Both the position numbers and the translations under genes were made by a program. A stretch of DNA of 63,045 nt, filler included, from Octopus bimaculoides (taxonomy: Eukaryota): the NCBI RefSeq assembly GCF_001194135.2. It is 3 parts of 2 records of this genome, joined end to end, with 100 filler letters (N's around TTAATTAATTAA, not from the genome) between each part and the next. Parts side by side here need not be neighbours in the genome. Positions count along the whole stretch, not along the records: positions 36,273 to 63,045 come from NC_068981.1; 2 more parts are not named here. One strand, given 5' to 3'. The notes under the pieces are model-generated. The model was not told where the DNA came from. It made no database searches and was given only the letters and a program-made list of their open reading frames with translations. This document shows positions 36,273 through 49,800 of the stretch, one piece after another. Each line of letters starts with the position of its first letter. Position 1 is the stretch's first letter.

Positions 36273-36985
36273 ACAGACACTACCCAGTTCAACTCATAGA
36301 GGATGGAATCAGACGTGCATCACAAATCGACATAGAAAACTTAAGAAAAGTTAAACTCAGCAACACGCCTTCCCCGAAAATACTGCCGTACATATCCACA
36401 TACAACCCCAGAAACAAAGAAGCCTTCATCATCATCACCCAAAACATACCAATGCTACATAAGGACCCCAAATTAAAAGAAATTTTACACACACACAAAA
36501 TCATTAAAAGCTACAAACAACCAAAATCACTGAAAAAGATCCTCACAAAGGCAAAATTATTTTCCAAAATAACAGATGCAAAACTGAAATAATGTGGTCG
36601 ACCAAACTGCGCAATATGCTCAAACCTTCTAGAAGGTCCAGAATTCCTCTACAAAGAGGGACAAAAATTCAAAGTTAAATCTGACTTTACTTGTGACTCA
36701 GAAAACCTTATTTATGTAATAAGATGCTCGGGCTGCCACGAAAACTACAAAGGGTCCACAGGATTATCGCTCAGAAGCAGATGCACTCTGCATCGACAGC
36801 AGATTGCATGCCAGGAATACCGAATGATACCCTTTAGTGAGCATATTGAGAAATGCGCAAAACTAATGCTACTACAATTTATAATCTTTCCATTCTATCA
36901 ATGTGCCATTAGAACACCAACACACATTAGATTAAATAAGGAAACGTTCTTCATTCAAAAATACAAACCCAAACTTAACTATTGC
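36273..36985 (+). mobile_element. Penelope-like element, GIY-YIG endonuclease region
   Basis: IIKSYKQPKSLKKILTKAK..CGRPNCAIC..FTCDSENLIYVIRCSGCHENYKGSTG..LRSRCTLHRQQI..FIQKYKPKLN; PLE Cys motif plus GIY-YIG, with one in-frame stop. Confidence 0.85.
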
Positions 36986-37389
36986 TAACACATTTAAATA
37001 AGGAAATTCATCACCCCACTGAGAGGAAAAAAAATATAGAACAAAACCTAACTTACTATTCCTTCTAAACCAAACCATGGTAAATTAATCAAAATCTACC
37101 ACCTCCTACATTTCAATTATCTCCCTTATACCGGAATTTTAATAGCCACAACATTGTTTATCATTTGTCGATTTCTATGACAGCTTTGATAGCTCCTGAG
37201 GCCTGCACGACTCAAAAGCCTTGCCCACAAACAACGCACACAAAAAGCAACACTCTCTCACTCTTCACAGGTCCCCTTTCTAAGCCCCTCCTAATTCTCT
37301 CATACATTCACTCTCTCTCTCTCTCAAACTTTGAACAACCATCATGCATTATCTTCCTCCATTCATCACTGTCTTCTACCCCCCTCCCT

Positions 37390-39450
37390 CAATTACCAGC
37401 TGCAATTGCCTGTATTAGAGCATTTTAAGGCATTCCTTAAACCTTAGTTTAGGCTTATGCGCTAGTCTCCTGCCATCTTCCGGCTCATCATACAATAGCT
37501 GTTTAGGCAGTCGCTCATCACTCATACTTACCAAATGTCCCCCATACCTCAAACGGCTTTGCAAGATCATTGACTCTATACTTCTACTGCCACTCATCTC
37601 AAGCATCTCCACTTTATTAATGGCCATTTTCCAGTTTATCTCCAAGATTTTTCTCAGACAGTATTGATGAAATCGTTCCAATTGCCTTACATGCCTACGG
37701 TAAACAACCCATGCCTCACTTCCATATAGCAAAGATGGGAGGATGCATGAGTTATATAGCTTAACGTTAATTAGTGAAGATATATTATATTGTTTCCACA
37801 GAGGCCTATCAAGCGTACCAAATGCACTACTAGCCCTGCTGATTCTGTATGAAATTTCATCATCAAGACCAGCAGTGTTCAAGGTACTTCCTAAATAAAT
37901 AAATCTAGGTACAGTCTCCAACCTTTGACTATTCACAATTATAAAAGTTTCCACATACATCTTGGAGGGAGCGGGCTGGTACATTATAACATTTTTTTTA
38001 GATTGATTGATAGACTTAATGCTGCACATGGTGCAGAAATCGCTTTCACACTGTGCTGCATATCTTTCTGAGACAGTGCCAACAGGTCACAATCGTCTGC
38101 ATACAGAAATTCAACAAGGTGAGAATGCAGAAGTTTCGTTTTGGCACAGAGTCTTTTGAGATTGAACAGTTTTTCTGTTGTCTTATATCTTATATAGATC
38201 CCTTCGAAGTAATCTTTACAAGCTATTTGAAAGAGTATTGCGAAATATATATCAAACAGTGTAGGAGCAAGAATATCACCTTGCTTTACACCATTTTGTA
38301 CAGAAATTGGATCTGATAAGGTACCTCCAACATTCACTCTCACTTTCATCTTGTCATGAAATGGTTTAAGCATTCTCACAAATTTGTCATGGTTTCCTAG
38401 CTTTTTAGGATCTCCCAAAGTGAAATTCTATTGATAGAATCATACGCTTTTTTTAGGCAACCTGGTATAAGTCCATATACTGTTCGATGCACTTTTCTTG
38501 CAACTGTCTAGCAGAAAATATCATATCTAAAGTACTCCTACTATCCATAAACCCACATTGTGACTCTGGTAGAACCTCGGCTGCTATGTGCTGAAGAAAT
38601 CTATCCAGTATTACCCTACCGAGGATCTTTTCAGCAACATCTAACATACAGACTACAGATGCCGCCATAATTATCATAGACATCCTTTCAACCTTTAGAT
38701 TTATATAGTATCTCCATAGTTGCATCACACCAATCTGCAGGAACCCCTTCACTTTGCCAAACCGTCTGAAACCGTCAATATTGCACATCCGTCAACATTG
38801 CACAAAGTTGATCACCACCATATTTATGTCTCTGCATATAGTCCATCCATACCAGGAGACCTTTCTATTGTTCAATTTCCTGATTGCTGCTTTTATTTCA
38901 GCCAGGTTTGGAACTTCTGCTATAAGATGGTTTATTGTTCTCTCGGGTATATTGTCAAGAAAAGAGAGATCAACTTGAATGGGTCTATTGAGCTACTCAT
39001 CAAAATGTTCTTTCCATCTCCCAGCAATTTCTTTAGGATTTGTTAATAATTATGTGCCATCCTTGCTTCGAAATTGCGCAACGTTTAATGAAACTGCTGC
39101 ATAAAGTTTTTCAAGAGAATATAGAAAAGTTTGGAATTGTTAGCATTTGAAGCTTCTTGGATTTCATCGCATCTATCACTCTATTAATTTCCCTGCATCA
39201 TCCGTAGCTTCCTCGGCATTGTTGATTTTACAATCTTGAAATATGTAGCCACTGTGCTATTCGTTGACATGTCAACATTTTGCAACATATTAAATGACTT
39301 TCGCTTTTCCTCTAAGATACGATTAACTTCTTCATCATTATCGTCAAACCGATCTTGGTGTTTTTTTTACAACAAAGCCAAGAATGTTACTACAAATCTC
39401 ATACACTCTTTCTTTGAATGACTTTCAGCTTCCATCACAGCACAAATTAT
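37390..39450 (-). mobile_element. RTE (BovB-like) LINE, RT and C-terminal region, frameshifted
   Basis: LPESQCGF..RSTLDMIFSARQLQEKCIEQ (38453..38788); GVKQGDILAPTLF and LYADDCDL (37984..38418); FIYLGS, LLYGSEAW, LERFHQYCLRKIL (37415..38029). Confidence 0.9.
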
Positions 39451-39489
39451 TCAACTCACTCACAAACTCACTGTGAACTGACGGAATTT

Positions 39490-40075
39490 TAAAGATTATT
39501 CACATCAATACGTTTAGGTAATTTGACATTATTTGCTCTAACATTAGGCTTGACAACAAAATTCACCTTGGCACGCAATGGCACACCGACTCACATTCCT
39601 ACCTTAATTTCTCCGCCTACCCTACCCACACCTAGCTCTCTATCGCCTACTCCTAATTCTTCCGTCTGTGCAGGATCTGCAGTGAGACTGGGTCTCAATT
39701 CATGTCTCGCCACTTCATCCATCGTAGATATCCACTAACCACTATCACACTACCGTGACTCTGCTCTTTCTCCCTGCAACCACGCTGCCCTTGCCCTCTT
39801 TTGTTTCCACGTCACCTACCACCCTCTTGCCCCTCCAATGCACCATTCTCCAAGCTTTCCGGCGGCTCCAGTTGGACCCCTCCACCTCGCATATCTTCCC
39901 CAACCTACCCCTTCCCTCCTTCAAACGTACCCATGACCTAAGTGACTTCCTTCTCTACAGTTTCTTCCGTAACCCCACCTCCAAGCCTGGTTCCTTCCTC
40001 TGTCCCCAACAACGCTGCCGTACCTTCTGCTACCTCTCCAACACCACCATCCACACATGCACACACCATCGTCCC
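39490..40075 (+). mobile_element. Second Penelope-like fragment (RT thumb and linker)
   Basis: TDSHSYLNFS..HT..SIAYS.FFRLCRICS; then ILQAFRRLQLDPSTSHIFPNLPLPSFKRTHDL..PGSFLCPQQRCRTF, the typical PLE RT-to-endonuclease linker. Confidence 0.75.
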
Positions 40076-40671
40076 TACAAAGTTTCTTCTTCGGTGGCTG
40101 CTACTGCTGTTCTGCACCCTTATTTTGATATTGTTGTTGTATTTTTCTGTGCTTGTGTTTTCGTTCATGCTGTAGCCGTCGTCGTTTTCGTCGTTGTTGT
40201 TGTTTTTAATGTTGCTGATTTTCATGTTGTTGTTGTTGGTGCAGCCATTTGTGAAGTCAATGTGTGCGTCTATATGTGTATATATGGGTTTCCTTACTAT
40301 GTTGTTTGTATCCTTGCCCATTATATATATTTTTTGGCCTACTTATTTACCTGTATTTCTTATATTCCATTACGTTCATGTTAAACATTTGTATGTGTAT
40401 TACACTATCTCTGTATCTTTTCTATCTCCCTTATGTCTTTAGACGTTGAGTTGCATGAGGTGGTGGGGAAGGTTGCTTTTGTTCCATCCGTCATGTCTGT
40501 TGAGGCTAGGTCCGTCTATTACTACGTGTGTGGCCTCTGTAATCTAAGTGTAGTCTCAGTTCTAATCGTTTATAATAACTTAACCACTTGGTTATTAACC
40601 GAACTACTATGTTCTACCTGAGCAAGTTCATAGAGGACTGATGACGAGCTGTTCAACACTTTTATATTATT

Positions 40672-40699
<28 letters not shown>

Positions 40700-40705
<6 letters not shown>

Positions 40706-40790
40706 AAAACTCCTACATCTACTTTGTGCAGATTCCTCAGTCTCTTTGGGAGAATATTAAAAAGCTGTGGGCCCCTGAATCCCAAGTCCT
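40700..40790 (-). mobile_element. CR1/L2-group LINE 3' tip
   Basis: LGFRGPQLFNILPKRLRNLHKVDVGVFK, a typical LINE ORF2 C-terminal motif. Confidence 0.55.
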
Positions 40791-43700
40791 GAACGAAAAC
40801 AAAGATGATCAAGTGAGAAAAAAAAAGATGGACGATGGTCACGTGCACCTAAAAAGAAGGTCGACATGGTTGAGTGAACATGTTTAGGTATAATCAAGAC
40901 ACTCCAAATTTAATCTGATGAGAGAGTGGGCATGTGTCGTTTGTGTGTACTTCAAGGGCTAAAATTTAGGTTGTTAGCTGTGTAGCTTCCTCGTGATAAT
41001 TGGCAGAATGAATTTTGTGTGACACTTGTTATACGCTTGTATACTCATACATGCAAGAACGTCTGACCAACAGTTTGCGATGGAGAGACAATCGATACTG
41101 TACTTACTGTGGAATACCAACTACTTCCAAGGAAAACCTACCTGACGCGACTTACGGAGAATAGTGATCAAACGCAATCGCTGAAAGGCTTTCTTCTACG
41201 AGAATTGATCTATTACTACATGTACGGCTTAAAATCCAGAAAGAGCCCCCAGGTATGAAAGAGAAATTCGAGACTGACCTGGATCATTGTAAAGAAGGAA
41301 AGCTTTCGGCATTATTCTGACTCTTTCTTTAAACAAAACAAGGAACATTTACGAGATAAACACTTCCACACACTCGTGACATTCTACAAGCGCCATAAGG
41401 GTAACATACGTGAGAACCCGTAATTCAACATATAGTGACATAAACACAGAAATAAAGGAGCTAGCCACGAGCATTAAAGTATAAGATAGCGTGAACTGCC
41501 TCGTCACGCGAACCTCCAAATTACACCTAAGTATCATAAGTCGAAATTCCTCTTCAATCCCGAATGCAAGCAGATCTACCCCTCTAACAGTGAGATAGGT
41601 TTCATTAGCAAAAGTACTCTCGATATTATCAACTCCGATATCAGAAGAACTACAGCATTGAATCAATAGAACTCCAGCTCAGCCGTTATCGACTGATTCC
41701 GCGGTATCGAGAATAATTCCATGCAAACACTCGATAAGAATAGTTGAGATGGGTTGGGTTAGTGCAAGAAAATGATGAACTCCTCTAGTAATAATACATA
41801 GGGGATCCCTCCAAGTAATTTAATTCTATGACACTTGTTCAAAGATGACTTGGTTTAAGTAAATCTGTTTTCCTCAAATGAAATAAAGATGAGACAATAT
41901 AAGTATTTGGAGGGAACGTTTTGATGGTTACAATCAAAATATATGATGAAACAAATAGGTTAAAAACAAAAAAATAATGAGGGGGCCAAAAGCAGAACAT
42001 TAGAAGGTGATACTTCTTCTGATACGAGCCTAACGTACTTTCTAGTTAATTGGTAAGATGTACATGCACATTATGTGTAATTGATAAGTTCATCTTCAAA
42101 ATGTCAACAATCATAAAAACAATTGCACTTGAAATTAATTTAACTGCATTCGATCTTTAAATTCGTAAACATCGCAACGCGGAAGTAAATAATGTATTTT
42201 GAATATATAAATTAATATGGGTGGTGGTAACACATATTTTCTGTGCATATTTTCGTCAGCTGTTATTCCCATGCCATTTACGTTAAAATACCTTTGTAGC
42301 CTTGTCGGGAATAATGCATCACCTATCTTTGCCCCATTTTTTGGATGCACACAGACACATATAAATATATATCTGTGTGTGTATGTATGTATGTATGTAT
42401 GTATGTATCTTTCTGACAGTATGTATACGTATATGTGCATGTGTGCATATATTCTTTTCTTTAATTCTTTTATTTGTTCCAGTCATTTGGCTGCCGTCGT
42501 ATATGTATGTGTGTTATTGTGTGCGTGTGTGTTATTGCGTGCATGTGTGTTATTGTGTGCGTGTGTGTTTGTCATTGTGTGTCTGTATACATGTATACAT
42601 ATAGACATTCTGAAAAAATGAACATGTATTTATCAGTAAAAGAATTAATTAACTCATATATAAATATATATTTGTGTTTGTGGGTGTTTTCGCCGGTGCA
42701 CGTTCGGACCCACACAAATCCAGACTCCCAGAAACATATATATATATATATATCATTCAAAGTTTCATACCTGCACAAATAATTTTTAGAAACAGCTAAT
42801 TATATACCATTCATTCCGGACTATCTATTCTTCAATTTGTTACAATAATTACTAATTATATACGTGTATAAGATACAGCATTTACGAATAAATAATTGCC
42901 AATTAAACGCTGTCTCACCGCTAAGAATTCTAACCGTTGCTTATGAAGCGTCTATGGCTTTATATTTATTGTTATATAGATGTTTGCTTTATATGTAATT
43001 GTGTATTCAGTTAGCTAATTCCTTCTTATTTCCTACTGCATATACATAGTTTGTTAAATAATGACTTACAAACGTAAAAAGAAAACTGTACACGTATCAG
43101 CACAAAATGCGTTGTGTTTGCTGGAAGATAAATTATTTTTCAAAATAATATTTCGTATTCAGACATTTTCCCTGAGAATATTAATTACGTATGTGTTTCG
43201 CCTCATTTCTACATTTTTACAATTGATCTTTGTAAATTAGTTTGAGATGTTAAGAGTGCATATAGCCATAATCTAATACGATTTTCTTATCACGATGCAA
43301 CGAATTCAAGTTATAATATTTCGTGTATTCATAGGATAAAACGATATAAGAAATAGTGTGAAATTTGGTGGATGTAAAAACTAGACATCTTTAACTATTG
43401 TGATTCAAGGTGGCTTGAAATTTCATTTATAAATGTATCAAAAACGTGTTCTTATCTTTTGTTACATTTGTTATCAGCTATCCTTAATACTATCACTAAT
43501 ATATTTTTTGCTAGCTCATAACATATGGTATAACTTTAATTTTATGTTATCGATCTGTAACGTTATTACTTATGAATCCTCAAATGTTATAGATCACTGA
43601 AAAGTTTGTGTAAATACCTTCAACTTAAATCTTTAATTTTATTTGAACTTCACCTAAAAAATACAACATACTAATCTCGTATAAAATGAAAGAGGGATTC

Positions 43701-44449
43701 CTTGATTTCGTAGTATAATGATCTCTATCTCTCTCTGTCTTTATATGTATATATCTGCGTGCGTGTGTGAGTGTGTGTGTGAGCATGTGTGTGTGTGTGC
43801 ATCATATACCATAAGATAAATGTATATATATCTGATTGGGGTCGGTCATTTTTCCAATAAACACATACACTATTTATTTTTTCAAAACCTTAGCTTTACT
43901 AATATTATTATTAGATAAAGTCGAACTCGGCCGAAGTCAACTTTGCCTTTGAACTGTATGTGTCTAAAACTAAGTACCAGTTGGGCACTGGTTGCGTTGT
44001 AACCGACCTATCCCCTTCCACGCATAACTTGCTGACGTTGTGCAATAATTAGAAAGCATTATTATTAGCTATCAGTCACAGTTCTTCCGTCATGCATGCT
44101 GTGATTTCTTCAATGACTATATGTTCTTGTCTATGTTTCCACTTCTCTTTGTTGTTATCCTGTCTAATATTATCCTATAGTTCTGTGGTAAGTATTAATA
44201 TCTCCGTATGCTTTTACTTTTCAGTCATGTTCGTAGCATTTTGTTTACATATGTATGTGTTTGTTTTGTGTGTGTGTGTGGTTCTGTATGTAAGATTGTA
44301 TCCGTGTCTCTGATATTTGTTTCGTTTTACCCTGTCTTCAGTCGTGATGTTGCGTGGAGAAGTGAGGAGTGTTACTATTCCATTTGCGTTTTCTTTTAAG
44401 ACTTAGGCTAATTTCTATTATGCGTGTAACTTCCGAAATCTAACTCACT

Positions 44450-45350
44450 TTTGAGCCATTCCAATGTGTGCATACGATCTTAACTTCTATGTTATCTATC
44501 AAGACACCGTATTTAGTTTAGCATGTTGGAATAGCACTGACAATCTTTTCACCTGCTCGAGTTTCAGCCAGCGTCAGTTATTCTCCTTCCTATGCTACAC
44601 GCTGTGTCTCCATTTATGCCGTTATTGCATTTCAGCACCATCCTTTGTGTGCCTAATTCCAGAGAATGTGCTCCAAATTCTTCAGTTTATCTGCTGGCTT
44701 ACTCTACACACTACACATTTCCTATCAATATCGAGGTATTCTTTGACATGGGCATGTTCACACATGTTATGGGAGTACCTAGTCTTTCTAATACTTTAAT
44801 CTTTGGATTCCATTTACCTAAGCTTTTTTTCTAAAATGATCTGCTCTGGTATTTTTGGTTGTCAATACATTAGTTGACTTTTATTTTCCACTTCGACCTT
44901 TCTATGCTATTCCATCATTTTCTCCTGTGTAACGGTCAGATCTCATTTGTGTCATCTTCTATGATGGCCTTGAATATTGTCATGTCACCATTGTACATCC
45001 CGATTTTGTCTTTGTCCCAGAGAACTGCAAGCGGTGGGTTTAGTGCTAAATGTGTATCTCATTTTGTTGACTCGCACATGCAGAACAACTTTTTTGTCAC
45101 TCTTATCAAGTCCGCCATAAGGACACTGAAATTAGTATTATCCACAATTATTGCTTTCTGGTGGATCGGGTATCCGGAGGCCATTGGTTTGATAAGGATT
45201 TTGTTATTCATAATTTCCTGCCAGGTTTCAGTATCTAAAACATATAGTGTGGGGCCAGGGTGCTTAATAGCGTAATCTATTGTTAGCTTAATATACCGAT
45301 GGGTAGAATTAACAATTTGTTGGATGTGCTCCATGGTGCACACTTCTACT
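44450..45350 (-). mobile_element. Highly degenerate Gypsy pol relic (RT connection/RNase H)
   Basis: AIKHPGPT.., HLALNPPLAVLWDKDKIG.. and LELGTQRM.. spaced like the Gypsy RT-RNaseH-integrase path; many stops. Confidence 0.4.
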
Positions 45351-47099
45351 TTAAAATCATAGAAAGAAACATTACTACAATATTATTATTGTTACTGACA
45401 TTGTCAAAAGTGCTACAAAAATATCAATAGACTTAAGAGAATTTACGTCTTATGTATTTCAATATCATTAAAATTAACTTCATGGAAAGGCATTCGAATT
45501 TTCTCATATCTGAAGCTCAGGATTCAAGTAAAGTTTATGTTTATCTACACACACGTTGGCGCAAGAAAACTAAAAAGTAAAATACCTTTCAAAGTTAAAC
45601 TGTATATGAATTATTGATAATCCAGTCAGAAATGCGTAACATTAACGTCTAGGCACACATTTTTACATTTTTAGATTAATTAAATGCTTAGCTTTATCCG
45701 TTTCACATATTTAGACGGTGCTCTAGCGTGGCCGCAGTCAAATAACTGAAAAAATGAAAGAATAAAAGAAAAACAGAACACAGATACAATGAACAAAATA
45801 TACTGGATACTATACCCGACATAATTATTACACCACAAAGTTTCATCTTTTTATCGTTAATCCAGCTATGTTTATCTTATTATTTATTATATCAAATTAA
45901 GAGAAGCATGTAATATTTTAATTAGATCTGGTTACTCTTATAGTTGCAAAACTACTTTCTAATATTTTCTATCGTAACATCTCGCTTTGTGATCACGTTC
46001 TTCATCAACTCAAGCTGAGGAGTGAAATTAATGAGTATCCTTTTGGATTAAATTACACATTAGGGGTATTTCATTCAGCACTATTTTATAATGCATACCT
46101 ATATTATTTTCAATTTATGTATTTTGTATATTGCATTCTAAATTACGGGACACACCATTTTGATAATTAAGATTATGCAAAAAATTATTTTATGAAACAA
46201 AATAATTTTCAGTGGATTATAAAAATATTCTGGCTAACTAGCGTTTATTCTGTTACTATTTGCACGCAAGTCTTAGTGAATCACTGTAGCCACGTTTCAA
46301 TATTTGATTTCGAATCCATTATTCATTACGATATCATTATTGGAATAAATCTAAGTTTGAAGTTTGAAATGAATAAAAGTACAACGGGTTTTTTTTTTCT
46401 CAAAAACAAATATGACATTTCAATATTTGGCTTATGAACAGTTTGATTTTTAAAATGATATTTCCCCGAAGATTTTATCTATCACGCCATGGCAGCATAG
46501 TTTATATATTAGCATAGGAAACATCTAATGATTGATTTTTTTTTTTTTGAGATGTCGAAGCATCAAAAGAATAAAACCTTGTAAAAAAGGTTTAAGTGTG
46601 TTTGTATTTATTATGGTTTTATTTATATTTTGCTGCTCAGACATCAATCAAGGAAACTGTTCTTTCTAGCTATGAGTGACATAATGATATAATAAAAGTG
46701 AAATACTTGTCAAGAGGAGAGCATTATATTATTTTATGACATGAGGTCGCAGTCAAATTTATAAGTACTTGACTAGAAAACATTCGTAAGAGTGCAAGAA
46801 AATTATAAATCGATAGCATGCCAATGGTGTATATTCTGAAAATTGTAATATCGGTTATATCTTGTCAATATTTTTAACGATGTCATTCAATTATACTATA
46901 TTCATTTTTATCATACCATGCTTTTCAGTTTTCTTTACATAGACATCTGTTACATTGCCAATTACAATTCCTAAACAATAGAATTTATAAATTTAACTGT
47001 AACTTGTGCTCACAGTTAATAATCTGGTTCCTGTTTAGTCAATGACAACGCAGATCAAATGATATTGAAGCCAAAAAATTTATGTTGTTCAACATTTTT

Positions 47100-47620
47100 T
47101 ACAGATATCCCTACCACCTGTCTTCTAGGAGGATCCTGCTTTTCAAGAGCTATACTATACAAATCCACCCTAACAATATCCGCTGGCATTACTAGGCACT
47201 ACACATGGATGACAGCCTATGAAATCAAGGAAGACATTCACAGCACTTTCATTCATTTTGATCCAGGGACACAGAGAACTCCACTTCACTCCACTGTCGC
47301 ACTTTCTCTGGTAACATTGTGGACTCCGTACGAAACACCCAGCATCAAGTGTACGTTTATCGATAGGGTACCACAATATTCACCCAGCGCCCCTGGTTGC
47401 CGGCTGCACCTCATTTCATCTGCCGACCCTGAGTATCGATCAGCGAGGAATATGATGTATCGCGTTGCTGTCCCCAGAGATACACTCATCTGCACGCCGG
47501 CAGCCCGGATATACCTCCTTAATATCAGCCACCTCTAGCACAGCCTGCACCAAGGTCAACGTCACAAATTAACATCATGAACAGCACTGCAAATTACCCA
47601 ACACTTCTCCTTGCCCGACT
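47100..47620 (+). mobile_element. Probable degenerate Penelope-like RT relic
   Basis: GC-richer island; across frames GTTHG, FIHFDP, SHFL, PYETP, TSFH and RCCPQRYTHL follow the order of PLE RT motifs (WTHG, FNNFHP, HFLD, YRKPT, SSFHP, RICS). Confidence 0.35.
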
Positions 47621-49398
47621 ACGCGCATACTCTCACCCATTACACCTCACCACTTGTGCATAACTTGCGCAAGTGTATTTGCGCGGGTGCGTGTGCGCAT
47701 ATGCATCTGCTCATCCTACGCATGCGCACAAATGTATGTGAGCGCGTATATATGTGCGCACGTGCGCGTCCACCTACATGTGCACATGAACGTGTGCACA
47801 TGTACATAAAAATGAAGGTGTGAATGTACCTCTCTGTATGAGAGTGTATGAGTGCGTGTGTGTGGGTGTATCACGTATTCCTGTAAGTATACGTGTATAT
47901 ATGTGTGTTTACGTGTGTGTTTAACTGTGCACGCATACGTGGGTGTGCATTCGTATGTGTGTCTGTCTGTCTGTGTGTATGAGTGCGTGTGTACGCGCAG
48001 GCAGGATTGTATGACTGTACGCCGATGCAAACAGACACACTCGTATAAGTACTATGCATACACGCAGAAATATAGGCATATACATGTACATATATACATG
48101 TATACTCCCACATCCACTGCCCCTTCATACTTCCTCCAACCACTCGACTGAGATCTTGTCCACCATGCGTTCGATGCCCTCTTCACCATGTGGTATTCTG
48201 CATCTAATTGGGTCGCTGAATTACCGACATCAATACCTCGTGACCAAGTTGCGACCGATTGCAGGCTAACGTCCAACAGTAATTATTGACTTTCTTCAAT
48301 CAAACTTTCATTGACACTGCGCAGTAGATCTGAAAAAAGTAGGATGTATAAGCGTGAGGAATGAAATTGATTACCTCGTGTTTATATATTTTAGTCTTGG
48401 GTGTACCTTTTGATAAAGACTTCACCTAGCAAATTATTTTAAATTGCTCAAATAAGTCAGAAACCAATTTGGTCCAGAAAAGATATGATAAAAGTTTTTA
48501 TTTCTCATTTCGTTCTTTTCGAGATTTTGTCCCTAATTTTGTGGTTCTAGAACCTGGCAGTTCTTTCTAACGTAAGGAATCAATGAAGTGGGTTCCTCTT
48601 ATGTATTCTAATATACACTGAGCCTTACTATATATATATATACGTACATACATACATACATACATACATACACACATACTCAGTATCTAGTACATATATG
48701 TGTGTGTGTGTGAGTCCAGTGGTCACGTTGTTCCTCTGCGATTACTTACGTATCTCCTATGTGCTAAACTGTGCTACTCTAGAGGTGGTGTGGAATTGAT
48801 GGGGAGAGTGATGTAGTGCGCAGCACTAAGACTTTCTCACTTTCAACAAATATTCTCTGCAGATCATAATATCCGACACTCTAACACCGTTGTTTCTGAA
48901 TCTAAATAATTATAATCAAACGCATCATCTATTTAATTGAATTTTGTAATTAGGGAGAGAAAAGTCTAAGATAATACTAGTTCAAGAAATACTTATATGC
49001 ATTTCTTTGAAAACAATGTGAAAACAATAAAATATAGTATTTTAGAAAATACTATAAAATGGGTTGAATGGCCAAATGCAAATCTATGAAAACATACTTC
49101 CACTCAGCCGATAAGAATTTTGTAGTAGTAAAATATAGAAAGTAACATGAAAAACTCTGCGTGATTCCTAATTCGAACAATAATGTATTCGAGACAATGA
49201 GAACACTAATATACATGATGGAGTTGATAAGGATGACCATGATAGTTATGATGATTTATAGTAAGTTGATTTCATTATTCATTAATATGGCCCGGCGTTT
49301 GCTAACTCTAGTAAAAATTACATATGCACTACAGATATGTAACCTTTCCCGCATCGAGGCTAATTCCATTTCGGTAAGTGAAATTTATTCCCTGAACT

Positions 49399-49800
49399 AT
49401 TAGCTTGGCTGGAAAGTAATGAACCATGTTTTTAATTGAAGTTTTGCTATTTATTTGAATCTTTTCGCTTTCGAAGTACAGATTTCTAACAATAAAGTTA
49501 TACGTAAGATTTTGTTTGTTCTTACCTCTGTCTAACAAAAGTATGGAACTAAATGGAATTGAAACTGATAATGGCTTCAAATCTTCAATAGCCGTTCAAC
49601 TAATCATTGGTTTGAAAAATTTCGAAAGCTAAAGTTTTGAATATAGAGCAAGATGAATATGACTATCCATTGAGCAACAATTCGAAAAGAAAATTGTGAA
49701 GTTGACTCACGTAAATCAATATAGGAACTGGCAAATTTAAACATATTGGACACTAAAATATAAACACATGTAGAGAAATGATTTTGCGTATGTTTCGAAA
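49399..49800 (+). mobile_element. Mariner 5' relic
   Basis: TA-TTAGCTTGGCTGGAAAGTAATG TIR-like start, ATGGAACTAAAT start codon context, WFEKFRK motif. Confidence 0.5.

Noticed and set aside
39755-40384. 209-aa ORF as a membrane protein
   Set aside because: The first half is the Penelope linker and the hydrophobic half is a (GTT/GTC)n simple repeat.
47059-47538. 159-aa ORF as a novel gene
   Set aside because: Better explained as a mixed-frame read of a decayed retroelement RT; no splice or expression evidence.
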